From positions 1 through 26,673 of IMG/VR virus record IMGVR_UViG_3300049182_000012: DNA of 26,673 nt; one strand, given 5' to 3'. The notes below the pieces were generated by a model. The model was not told the DNA's origin and searched no databases. It saw only the letters and a program-made list of their open reading frames with translations. The position numbers were made by a program, and so were the translations under genes. The DNA is from a virus (lineage: Duplodnaviria; Caudoviricetes). Of the stretch, positions 17,383 through 24,862 are shown one piece after another; within the stretch, counting starts at the first letter, position 1, and every line of letters starts with the position of its first letter.

Positions 17383-17908
17383 TTTGTAGCTGTTTGAGTT
17401 TTGCCGTGTAGGTGTCTTTGATCTGCTTCAGCTCTTCGCGTGTCCACTTGTGAGGCTTGTTATCCTGTTCCAGTCTTTCCACAGCTTCAAGGCCAATACG
17501 CTCAATGAGTCGAATTCGATACTCAACAATATTTCCGGCTTTCCACTGATTGTCGATTTTGCTTTGAGCATGGCAGTTGTTTTCGTTGTATCGCAAATGC
17601 GATGCCGCGCCTTTCGATCTGTAATGTCCACTGTCAACCTGATTTCCTGACCAATCTAACGGCTTTCCACTTGATATGCATGGATAGCCTGCTTGTTTAT
17701 CTCGCTCTCTGATATACGCTTGGAATGCTTTGTCGGCTTCCTTGATGTAATCTGGTATGCCTTTCAGCTTCTCTTTGCGTTCTTTGTCACGCTGCTTTTC
17801 TGCTGCTTTGTCTGCCTTGACTTTTTTGCTTGCACATCTCGGACTGCAAACAGATTGGAGTGGACGGGCTGGCGTGAAAACGATATTGCAGACTTTGCAA
17901 TGCTTCAT
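17360..17908 (-). CDS. ninG: NinG/Rap-family recombination endonuclease
   Basis: CKVC...CSPRC zinc finger, FQAYIRERD...CISSG...DSGHYRSKGAASHLRYNENNCHAQ, and YRIRLIERIG. Confidence 0.9.
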   Translation of the reverse strand: MKHCKVCNIVFTPARPLQSVCSPRCASKKVKADKAAEKQRDKERKEKLKGIPDYIKEADKAFQAYIRERDKQAGYPCISSGKPLDWSGNQVDSGHYRSKGAASHLRYNENNCHAQSKIDNQWKAGNIVEYRIRLIERIGLEAVERLEQDNKPHKWTREELKQIKDTYTAKLKQLQNEKKNSS

Positions 17909-18306
17909 TCGACAGCCTTAAACGTTACGCCACGCTCAGACCCAAACGCCTCGATCAAGTCCATGAGTTCTGTCATTTCCTGAATGGTCATTTTGCTTGT
18001 TGACTTGCCAAGAATCACAAACCCACCGTCAATCCCAGGTACGGCTCTTTGCTTTGTCATGCTTGCGGTCAAAACATGCTTCCAATCCTCGCTAGACAGC
18101 TTTTGCCCATACCAATCGACTTGTGATGCCAAATCAGCCAGCATTGACCACATGCGCCGATTCTGATCTGTTGAACGTGTCTCAGGCTCAATCTTGAGTG
18201 TGAACTTGTGTCTAGCAATTAACCACGGTTTGAGATGCTGCCAAATCTCTATGATTGATTTGTGTGCCTGTGTCGCGCTGTATAGCTTGATGCTGATGCG
18301 CTCCAT
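17905..18306 (-). CDS. ninB: NinB/Orf-family recombination protein
   Basis: RSTDQNRRMWSMLADLASQVDW...EDWK...PGIDGGFVILGKSTSKM...LIEAFG. Confidence 0.9.
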   Translation of the reverse strand: MERISIKLYSATQAHKSIIEIWQHLKPWLIARHKFTLKIEPETRSTDQNRRMWSMLADLASQVDWYGQKLSSEDWKHVLTASMTKQRAVPGIDGGFVILGKSTSKMTIQEMTELMDLIEAFGSERGVTFKAVE

Positions 18307-18512
18307 TAGCTTATCTCACGCAACAGCCTATCAATCGTCAAACCATGCTGTTCTGCTTCAATCTGCACAGCTTTCAACAGCGAGGCCAAGATAGCGGCGT
18401 CAACATCCTCTTGCACTAGATGCCCGTCTGACACTAGTTTTGACACTCGCAGATAAGCCTCGTCAATCAAGCGCATGGCTATTGATAGTTCTCTTTTGTC
18501 TGATTCGTTCAT
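18306..18512 (-). CDS. Hypothetical protein (68 aa, possibly leaderless)
   Basis: MNESDKRELSIAMRL... ATG 18512 avoids overlap with the upstream gene and sits at the predicted +1 of the adjacent promoter. Confidence 0.6.
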   Translation of the reverse strand: MNESDKRELSIAMRLIDEAYLRVSKLVSDGHLVQEDVDAAILASLLKAVQIEAEQHGLTIDRLLREIS

Positions 18513-18518
18513 GGCTTG

Positions 18519-18562
18519 ATTGTCTCTGTGGTTTGGCTGATTGGTATTGGTGGAAACCCTTA
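18519..18562 (-). promoter_or_regulatory. Promoter with upstream palindrome-family site (site 4)
   Basis: TTGGTGGAAACCCTTA at 18547-18562 (14/16 identical to site 2) and -10 GACAAT at 18524-18519. Confidence 0.55.
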
Positions 18563-18760
18563 CAAAACCACTTTGTAAATGTAATATTGTCTTGCTGCTT
18601 CCTTGACTGTTCCGCACATCACAATGATTTTGTGCTTGACAAGTTCATCAATCGCCCGCCGCGTTGAGCCGTAAGACAATCCACTGATTTCAGCCAGCTT
18701 CCGACACGTTTGCATTGGATGCTTGGCTATGGCCTGATGAACAATCACCGTGTTGACCAT
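18560..18760 (-). CDS. Small winged-HTH DNA-binding protein
   Basis: TCRKLAEISGLSYGSTRRAIDELVKHKII fits an HTH pattern. Confidence 0.7.
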   Translation of the reverse strand: MVNTVIVHQAIAKHPMQTCRKLAEISGLSYGSTRRAIDELVKHKIIVMCGTVKEAARQYYIYKVVL

Positions 18761-19071
18761 TACCAGCCACCATTGCCAGGAATAGGGAAGTCGTCATGCG
18801 TCAGCTTCCAAGTGCGTTCCATGCGTCCAGAGCGCGTTTTACGCAGCCCGACAGCCTCTACCTCTAGCCATCGCTCCATCTCGCTCAGACGCTTTCTGAT
18901 GGCGTATGGCTCAATTCCCAGAGCATCCCCGATTTGTTCGGCCCCTTTGGCTGATTGCTCATTGGTCAGATAAGCAATGATTTTTTCGTAGTGCGTGCCC
19001 GCAAACTCATGGACACGCGCAGCGGCGAGGTGACTGGTGATAGGGTCAGAGTTGCGGGCCAAGTTCATCAT
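18760..19071 (-). CDS. Winged-HTH DNA-binding protein
   Basis: ARNSDPITSHLAA N-terminus and GAEQIGDALGIEPYAIRKRLSEMER...RKTRSGRMERTW. Start at the ATGA overlap, 19071. Confidence 0.7.
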   Translation of the reverse strand: MMNLARNSDPITSHLAAARVHEFAGTHYEKIIAYLTNEQSAKGAEQIGDALGIEPYAIRKRLSEMERWLEVEAVGLRKTRSGRMERTWKLTHDDFPIPGNGGW

Positions 19072-19424
19072 GCCACCCGTTTGATTTTGTTGACTTTGTA
19101 GAGCCAGACACGCGCCACGCCATCGGGGCAACGTGCGTTTTGACGGACAAGCGCATCCATTCCTTTTCGCTTGCACCATGTGTCAAGGGCTTTGGAAATC
19201 TTTGCGCAGTCCTCAAAAGTGGTTTCCCAGCAATCGCCCTCTTGTGCGCCTTCAAACAGATCGTCGTACTTGGATTTGAAGCGATCCACGCGAGGCTGCA
19301 TATAAGGCGTGCGGGTACGCTTCACAGCGTCGAGGTTTGCCGGTTTGTCGGGGGCTGGCTTCTTGCGTTCTTTTTTTGCCTGCTCAGGTTGTCCAGGCCA
19401 TGCGCCGCGAAGTTGTGTAGTCAT
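19068..19424 (-). CDS. Hypothetical protein
   Basis: 118 aa ORF in the packed leftward operon. Confidence 0.65.
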   Translation of the reverse strand: MTTQLRGAWPGQPEQAKKERKKPAPDKPANLDAVKRTRTPYMQPRVDRFKSKYDDLFEGAQEGDCWETTFEDCAKISKALDTWCKRKGMDALVRQNARCPDGVARVWLYKVNKIKRVA

Positions 19425-19426
19425 GT

Positions 19427-19614
19427 TTACCGTCCGTTGTTGGTTTTGTCTTTGAGTTCGCTGGTCAGTTGAGGCCGAATTCCGTGGTATGGCACCCGCT
19501 CACCGTTGCGAAGGCTTCAAATCGCTCATCTGGCAGGCCAGGATTGCGGCGAAGCTCTGCACCGTCATAGGTGCCGCGAGGAATGAACTTAGGGCCGGGG
19601 ATAGAGTAATCCAT
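19427..19614 (-). pseudogene. Small ORF, possibly frameshifted
   Basis: ATG 19614 gives 49 aa (stop at 19465). A second frame, SLRNGERVPYHGIRPQLTSELKDKTNNGR, ends at 19427, 2 nt before the next ATG. Confidence 0.35.
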
Positions 19615-19622
19615 GATTTGTC

Positions 19623-19907
19623 TCAAAATGGTACGTCTGAGTCCATGTCGTCAAACCCATTGCTAGGCGCTTGGCGGCGTTGTGCTGGCTGCTGACGTTG
19701 CGGAGCCTGCTGCTGTGTCTGCTTAGGCTTGGCGCTCAGACTCATGTAACGTTTGCTGGAATCGCTCGGCAGGGGTTTGATCCATGCCGCCAGTTCGTAC
19801 AGTTCACCGTTGATGCAGATGTCACCACGGTAGTCTGGGCGGTTGGCATTGTCGCCCTTGTCGTTCTTGAACAGCGCACCGCTGCCGTCTTTTGGTTGAT
19901 ATGCCAT
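19623..19907 (-). CDS. Putative single-stranded DNA-binding protein (short OB-fold type)
   Basis: SGALFKN...PDYRG...LAAW...YMSLS, a Q-rich linker and an acidic tail FDDMDSDVPF. Adjacent to ERF. Confidence 0.75.
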   Translation of the reverse strand: MAYQPKDGSGALFKNDKGDNANRPDYRGDICINGELYELAAWIKPLPSDSSKRYMSLSAKPKQTQQQAPQRQQPAQRRQAPSNGFDDMDSDVPF

Positions 19908-19920
19908 GATTGCCTTTCAG

Positions 19921-20592
19921 TTAAATGGGGGTTTTCTCTGCCGTCTTGATCTGTGACCGCACATCGCTGGGAAGCAACGACCAAAGGTAAATTTTTTGCT
20001 CAGGCTCAAGCCCTGCCGCGTGCAGCATTGCCATGCCATCGGTCAGTTTACGCTGCTCTTTGATGACGTTGATGAGGTCGTTTGCCAAGTCTTGCAAGAA
20101 CGGTTTTTCGTCTTCCGGCACTTGTGCGCCACTGGTTGGACGATGAACGAGCTTTTTTGGCTCTACAACATGTGTATGCGCGTCTGCATCGTTGTCGCCT
20201 TCCGTTGGGATCGCAAAGGCTTGGAATGCTGCGTATTTGTAAGCTGCGCTCATGGCTTTGTTCATTGACTTGTCGCCAGAATCAAAAGCCTCGCCAACAG
20301 TGCAAATTGTGTGCTTTGACCCATCTTCAGCGCAAACAAGATCAAACTCCATTGTCACATAGGAGTAGATCAAAACACCGCCTTTAGACGATGTTCGCTC
20401 TGTTTGCTCAGATTTGATAACGCGAGGCAGAATGCACAGTCCATGCTTAGACAGCAATGGAGACAATGTGTTGTAAACCTGATCGATGCCACGGAAGTTA
20501 TACCCGGCACCTTGGTTGTTGCGTCCGTCTTTGGTAATGCCGATTTTTGTCAGTTCGGCTTGGACTGCATTGATTGATTTGTAAACGCTCAT
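19921..20592 (-). CDS. erf: ERF-family ssDNA annealing recombinase
   Basis: GITKDGRN...YNFRGIDQVYN...GEAFDSGDKSMNKAMSAAYKYA...FAIPTEGDNDAD. ATG 20592, or TTG 20598. Confidence 0.88.
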   Translation of the reverse strand: MSVYKSINAVQAELTKIGITKDGRNNQGAGYNFRGIDQVYNTLSPLLSKHGLCILPRVIKSEQTERTSSKGGVLIYSYVTMEFDLVCAEDGSKHTICTVGEAFDSGDKSMNKAMSAAYKYAAFQAFAIPTEGDNDADAHTHVVEPKKLVHRPTSGAQVPEDEKPFLQDLANDLINVIKEQRKLTDGMAMLHAAGLEPEQKIYLWSLLPSDVRSQIKTAEKTPI

Positions 20593-20594
20593 GT

Positions 20595-20708
20595 TCAAAA
20601 CGGAAGTTGTTTGAAAGTCTCACGCACTGCAATCATGAGTGACTGAATGCGGCCATTGTGCTTACGCTCCCATGCGTAAGACCATTTGAAGTATTGCCAA
20701 TTCGTCAT
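20595..20708 (-). CDS. Small hypothetical protein (37 aa)
   Basis: Not in the track. MTNWQYFKWSYAWERKHNGRIQSLMIAVRETFKQLPF, with an ATGA overlap upstream, exactly filling the gap to erf. Confidence 0.6.
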   Translation of the reverse strand: MTNWQYFKWSYAWERKHNGRIQSLMIAVRETFKQLPF

Positions 20709-20896
20709 TGCGTCAGCACTTCAAAGTATTCCAGCAATCCAGCCACACACCCAGCGGCCAGAATTGCGACAAACACAAATCGAGCTACTTTGTGCGATGT
20801 AGGTTCGGCATATACGCACTCAATTGCGTTCCCGTACTCTGCGGTACGCGGGAATGCTTGATTGAGCGTGCGGGGGTATTTGCGTGTCGTTTCCAT
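20705..20896 (-). CDS. Small membrane protein
   Basis: TRKYPRTLNQAF N-terminus, C-terminal hydrophobic helix FVFVAILAAGCVAGLL, GAGG SD. Confidence 0.7.
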   Translation of the reverse strand: METTRKYPRTLNQAFPRTAEYGNAIECVYAEPTSHKVARFVFVAILAAGCVAGLLEYFEVLTQ

Positions 20897-20898
20897 GA

Positions 20899-21330
20899 TT
20901 AATCCTCAAGTGACAAACGGGCCTGCTCTTCAATCTCTTCAATCTGGTCTTTTGACAACAGATAGTAGATGTTGACGCCACGAAGCCATGCGTGCGTAAG
21001 TTCCACCTCAGCATCACAGCCAGGGTATTCCTCGGTCTGCTTTTCAGCACGTTGATAGTCCAAGTGGCACTCAATCGGCTCATCGCAGTCTGTGTGCCAT
21101 GTGTAGACGATCTGGCCCGATCCTGCGGATGGATGGCTGTAGTGGTGGTGGACAGCCGAAGCCATCGACTTGATCTCACCCGACAAAGCGCCTGCGTAAA
21201 ACGGCCAGTGAGCCATTGGCGTCATGTCTGGGCATTGTGCGTTTTGCTCTGCAATCCAAGCCTTGGCGTCGGCTTCCAGCTTTTCCAGCTTGCGCTCAAT
21301 AGCCCGTTTGCTGAAGTCTGCGAGTCTCAT
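20899..21330 (-). CDS. Hypothetical protein, first gene of the leftward early operon
   Basis: 143 aa, GGAG SD, acidic C-terminal domain. Confidence 0.7.
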   Translation of the reverse strand: MRLADFSKRAIERKLEKLEADAKAWIAEQNAQCPDMTPMAHWPFYAGALSGEIKSMASAVHHHYSHPSAGSGQIVYTWHTDCDEPIECHLDYQRAEKQTEEYPGCDAEVELTHAWLRGVNIYYLLSKDQIEEIEEQARLSLED

Positions 21331-21360
21331 GTTTGCTCCGTTTGCGTTGTTGATGGGTTC

Positions 21361-21434
21361 ACTGTAACGGACAAAACAGGGTGTTGGTATAGGTGAAAAC
21401 CCTTAGTGCAGTCTTAGAGTGTTGGTGGCATAGT
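21361..21434. promoter_or_regulatory. Divergent promoter pair sharing one central palindromic site (site 2)
   Basis: TAGGTGAAAACCCTTA at 21390-21405. Leftward -10 TACAGT (21366-21361) and rightward -10 CATAGT (21429-21434) are each 31.5 bp from the site centre. Confidence 0.7.
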
Positions 21435-21459
21435 GTGACGGTCAAAAACCGGAGCAACT

Positions 21460-22173
21460 ATGGACAATACAGACAAAGACCCGCGCCAATTTGAGCTTGC
21501 GCTTGAAGCAAGCGAACCTCAATTGATAGCCTTCATCAAGTCAATCGCAGACATGCCGATGGAAGATCGCGTTGACGCCATTAACCGTATCCGCGAGGCT
21601 CTGCACGAGGTTAGCCCGTTTAAAACGGAGCCTGTGGACTATGTGAAGTGGGTGAAAAATCCTCTTGTCCACGCCAACGACTACAACCCGAACAGTGTTG
21701 CACCGCCTGAGATGGCGCTGCTTCACCGATCTATCCAGGCAGACGGCTATACGCAGCCAATCGTATCCATGCCTGACCCTGATGGCCGATACGAGGTCAT
21801 TGATGGCTTCCACCGCCACCGTGTGGGCAAAGAGTGCGAAGACATCCAAAGCCGTGTCCATGGGTACTTGCCTTTGGTACAAATCCGCCTGAGTCAGCAC
21901 GACCGCAACGACCGCATGGCGGCGACCATCCGGCACAACCGCGCCCGTGGCGAACACCGTGTCGAATCAATGGCAGACATTGTGGTTGAGTTGAAGCGGC
22001 GTTTCTGGTCTGACGACAAGATCGCCAAAGAGCTTGGCATGGAGCCTGACGAAGTGTTGCGACTGACCCAAGTCACAGGCTTGGCCGGTCTGTTTGCTGA
22101 CCGTGAATTTTCCGACGCATGGGAAGCTGAAACTTTGGGCGAGATTGAGGGCGAAGATGATCTCAGCGAGTGA
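21460..22173 (+). CDS. ibrB: ParB/Srx-domain protein, IbrB/YbdM-like
   Basis: ANDYNPNSVAPPE...SIQADGYTQPIV...VIDGFHRH...ATIRHNRARG, then C-terminal HTH WSDDKIAKELGMEPDEVLRL. GGAG SD. Confidence 0.88.
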   Translation: MDNTDKDPRQFELALEASEPQLIAFIKSIADMPMEDRVDAINRIREALHEVSPFKTEPVDYVKWVKNPLVHANDYNPNSVAPPEMALLHRSIQADGYTQPIVSMPDPDGRYEVIDGFHRHRVGKECEDIQSRVHGYLPLVQIRLSQHDRNDRMAATIRHNRARGEHRVESMADIVVELKRRFWSDDKIAKELGMEPDEVLRLTQVTGLAGLFADREFSDAWEAETLGEIEGEDDLSE

Positions 22174-22549
22174 CATTGAGCCTAGAAACGGTGAGATTTG
22201 GCATCCTTGGTGGACTTGGGAAGAAATGAAGCACAACATGTGGGGCGATGTTACAAGGCGCAAAACATGGCTTCAAATAGCCATTCAGTTTACTGGTGAT
22301 GCCGAGTTGTACGGCGAGTGGATGATGAAGATGGTTGAAGCATGGCCTGTTTCATGCGAACACAACCTGAGTAAATCTGGAGACAAGCGGCCTTGGGTGG
22401 GCCATGCCGCAGTGGCTTATGCCATTGGGTGCCCTGAAGACATTGTGCGTGAAGCCTGGGGACATTTGAGCGAAGAACAGCAGATCAAGGCAAACGCGAA
22501 AGCAACCGAAGCAATCGAATACTGGAGAAGCAAGAATGCCAAAACGTAA
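22157..22549 (+). CDS. Trp-rich protein of unknown function between ibrB and ibrA
   Basis: 130 aa from ATG 22157 (GAGG SD), containing HPWWTWEE...WPVSCEHNL...WVGHAA...CPEDIVREAW. Overlaps both neighbours. Confidence 0.75.
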   Translation: MISASDIEPRNGEIWHPWWTWEEMKHNMWGDVTRRKTWLQIAIQFTGDAELYGEWMMKMVEAWPVSCEHNLSKSGDKRPWVGHAAVAYAIGCPEDIVREAWGHLSEEQQIKANAKATEAIEYWRSKNAKT

Positions 22550-23768
22550 ACTTGGAATGGACGTTCTGACTGCTGCACAACAGCGAATTGAATGGACGTT
22601 TGACAATTTTGACCGTATTTACTGCTCATTCTCAGCAGGCAAAGACAGCGGCGTAATGACTCATCTTGTCTGTGAAGAAGCTCGCAAACGTGGCCGCAAG
22701 ATTGGGCTGTTTTTCCTTGATTGGGAAGCTCAGTTCACAATGACCATTGATTTTGCGCGCCGCATCTTCAAAGAGTACGAAGACTGCATTGATCCCTACT
22801 GGATGGCAGTGCCAATCAAGACTTGGAACGCTGTCTCCATGTACGAGCCTGAGTGGAAGTCATGGGACGAAAACAAAAAGAATTTGTGGGTTCGCCAGCC
22901 TGAGCCGATCAGCATTACTGATCCATCAAAAGTGCCGTTTTGGTATGACGGAATTATGTTTGAGGAGTTCGTGCCTACTTTTGGTCAGTGGTACGCACAG
23001 GGCGAAAAGTGTGCCTGCTTTGTTGGAATCCGCGCTCAAGAGAGTTTGAATCGTTTTCGCACATTGGCGCGAGATAAGCCGATGTACGATGGCAAACCTT
23101 TTACTACAAACGTGGTTGAGAACGTATGGAACGTGTACCCCATCTACGATTGGCAGACAGAGGACATCTGGACGTACCACGGCAAAACAGGCAAGGACTA
23201 CAACAAGCTGTATGACCGCATGCATCAAGCTGGCTTGACGCTTCACCAAATGCGGATTTGTGAGCCTTTTGGCGATGAATCACGCAAGGGTCTATGGCTC
23301 TATCAAGCCATTGAGCCTAGCATTTGGGCGCGGCTTGTTTTGCGAGTGAACGGAGCAAACACCGGAAAGCTGTACAGCAACGAACGGGGGAACGTGCTAG
23401 GCAACCATACTATATCGCTTCCGCCTGGGCACAACTGGCAATCGTTTGCCATGATGCTTTTGAAGTCAACACCACCAAAGACAGCAGAGCATTACAAGAA
23501 CAAGATTGCGGTTTACATCAAGTGGTGGACTTCTCGCGGGTATCCTGATGGAATCCCTGATGAGTCTGACTTGAAGATCGAAAACGCAGGAAAGGCCCCT
23601 AGCTGGCGTCGTGTGTGCAAAACTTTGCTGCGCAACGACTACTGGTGCAAGTACTTGGGGTTTTCGCCTACCAAAACCAGCGCCTATCAAAAGTACACTG
23701 ACTTGATGGCACGCCGCCGCCAGAAGTGGGGCATTTTTACCGACATTCAACAAAAGGAAGCAGCATGA
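22536..23768 (+). CDS. ibrA: PAPS-reductase-fold (PP-loop) protein with DUF3440, IbrA/YbdN-like
   Basis: PP-loop SFSAGKDS, GIRAQESLNR, YPIYDWQTEDIW, RICEPFG and PSWRRVCKTLLRNDYWC...GFSPTK. Confidence 0.9.
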   Translation: MPKRKLGMDVLTAAQQRIEWTFDNFDRIYCSFSAGKDSGVMTHLVCEEARKRGRKIGLFFLDWEAQFTMTIDFARRIFKEYEDCIDPYWMAVPIKTWNAVSMYEPEWKSWDENKKNLWVRQPEPISITDPSKVPFWYDGIMFEEFVPTFGQWYAQGEKCACFVGIRAQESLNRFRTLARDKPMYDGKPFTTNVVENVWNVYPIYDWQTEDIWTYHGKTGKDYNKLYDRMHQAGLTLHQMRICEPFGDESRKGLWLYQAIEPSIWARLVLRVNGANTGKLYSNERGNVLGNHTISLPPGHNWQSFAMMLLKSTPPKTAEHYKNKIAVYIKWWTSRGYPDGIPDESDLKIENAGKAPSWRRVCKTLLRNDYWCKYLGFSPTKTSAYQKYTDLMARRRQKWGIFTDIQQKEAA

Positions 23769-24217
23769 TGCAGACCAAAATCACCCTACAGATTGAACAC
23801 ACCAAGCCAATCACAGAGATGCTTGACCTCGTGGCTGGTCGGGCCTACACCCTGGCAGGCGTGGAAAACGTCACCGCTTACAAGCCTGTCGATTTTCAGG
23901 CCCATGTAGCGCGTTTGTTCGTCAAGCCTGCCGACACTACCGGACGCCTTGTCCATGCTGCCGTGGGCGTTTCTGGCGAGGCTGGTGAGCTATTGGACGC
24001 CGTGAAGAAGCATTGGATTTACGGTAAACCCTTGGACGTTGCAAACCTCATTGAAGAAGTGGGGGACGCGCTGTTCTACCTCCAAGCCCTTGCAACTGAA
24101 GCGGGGTTTACGCTTGACGAATCCATGATTCAGAACGTTGTCAAGCTGTCCAAACGGTATCCAGAAGGCTATACAGATCAAGCGGCTCAAGAACGGGCAG
24201 ACAAGGTGACAGCATGA
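23765..24217 (+). CDS. MazG-like nucleotide pyrophosphohydrolase with a short N-terminal extension
   Basis: HAAVGVSGEAGELLDAVKK...IEEVGDALFYL...NVVKLSKRYPEGY. Start at the ATGA overlap with ibrA. Confidence 0.88.
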   Translation: MMQTKITLQIEHTKPITEMLDLVAGRAYTLAGVENVTAYKPVDFQAHVARLFVKPADTTGRLVHAAVGVSGEAGELLDAVKKHWIYGKPLDVANLIEEVGDALFYLQALATEAGFTLDESMIQNVVKLSKRYPEGYTDQAAQERADKVTA

Positions 24218-24456
24218 CGAACGTTGATGAACTATACAGAAAAGCGCTTGAGTCTCGGTGCGAATTTCTAGAAGAATCAGTTAAGACTCTTCTAGAGCTT
24301 GGAGAGGGCCAAGCCTCAGTGATTGTCAAATTTAAGGATGCGCTTACCAAAATTGAGGCACTTGAAAACACCGAAACGAACGAGTGGGACTGCGTTGAAC
24401 GTGTTATGCCTGAAATGGCAGAAATTGCCCGAAACGCATTGAAGGACACCAAATGA
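24214..24456 (+). CDS. Hypothetical coiled-coil protein
   Basis: 80 aa with ATGA overlaps on both sides. Confidence 0.65.
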   Translation: MTNVDELYRKALESRCEFLEESVKTLLELGEGQASVIVKFKDALTKIEALENTETNEWDCVERVMPEMAEIARNALKDTK

Positions 24457-24815
24457 AAGAACACGGCTTCGAAGACTTCTGGGCAGCTTGGCCTAAGAGC
24501 ATCCGCAAGACTGGAAAGGCTGTTTGCCGTCAGAAGTGGGTAAAAATGCTCTGCTGGACACAAGCTGAAACCATCATTGCACATGTCAAATACATGGCGA
24601 CCACACCCGATTGGAAGAAAAACAACGGCGAATACATCCCCATGCCAGCAACCTACCTCAACCAGATGCGATGGGACGGTGCCGAGTTTGAGCCAGTCAA
24701 AGAGGTTAAGGCGACCGACAAAGACCCGGTTTTGCTCAAGATCGAGGCTCACCAGGGCGCACCGATGCCAGCACACATCAGAGAGAAGCTGGCGCAGATC
24801 AGGCGCAGCCACTAA
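24453..24815 (+). CDS. Stand-alone replisome-organiser/DnaT-like C-terminal domain protein
   Basis: FEDFWAAWPK...K...QKW...YIPMPATYLNQMRW, a motif typical of phage replication initiator C-termini. No N-terminal HTH. Confidence 0.7.
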   Translation: MKEHGFEDFWAAWPKSIRKTGKAVCRQKWVKMLCWTQAETIIAHVKYMATTPDWKKNNGEYIPMPATYLNQMRWDGAEFEPVKEVKATDKDPVLLKIEAHQGAPMPAHIREKLAQIRRSH

Positions 24816-24820
24816 CACAC

Positions 24821-24846
24821 AAGCCCCTTGACCGGGGCTTTTTTTT
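24821..24846 (+). terminator. Intrinsic terminator
   Basis: AAGCCCC-TTGACC-GGGGCTT followed by TTTTTT. Confidence 0.85.
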
Positions 24847-24856
24847 CGCCTACAAT
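24828..24856 (+). promoter_or_regulatory. Sigma70-type promoter overlapping the terminator
   Basis: -35 TTGACC (24828-33), 17-bp spacer, -10 TACAAT (24851-56). Confidence 0.75.
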
Positions 24857-24862
24857 CAACCC

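Noticed and set aside
18940-18949. 10-nt match (GGCCCCTTTG) making the wHTH mRNA complementary to the cloverleaf middle arm
   Set aside because: It is short, mid-CDS, and plausible by chance given the many sub-sequences examined.
21460-22173. Plasmid-prophage partition system
   Set aside because: No ParA ATPase is present in the window, and the motifs match the IbrB subfamily.
22536-23768. CysH sulfate-assimilation auxiliary gene, or a complete Dnd system
   Set aside because: The DUF3440-type C-terminus and ParB partner indicate IbrA/YbdN. The CysH ECGLH tail and other dnd genes are not seen.
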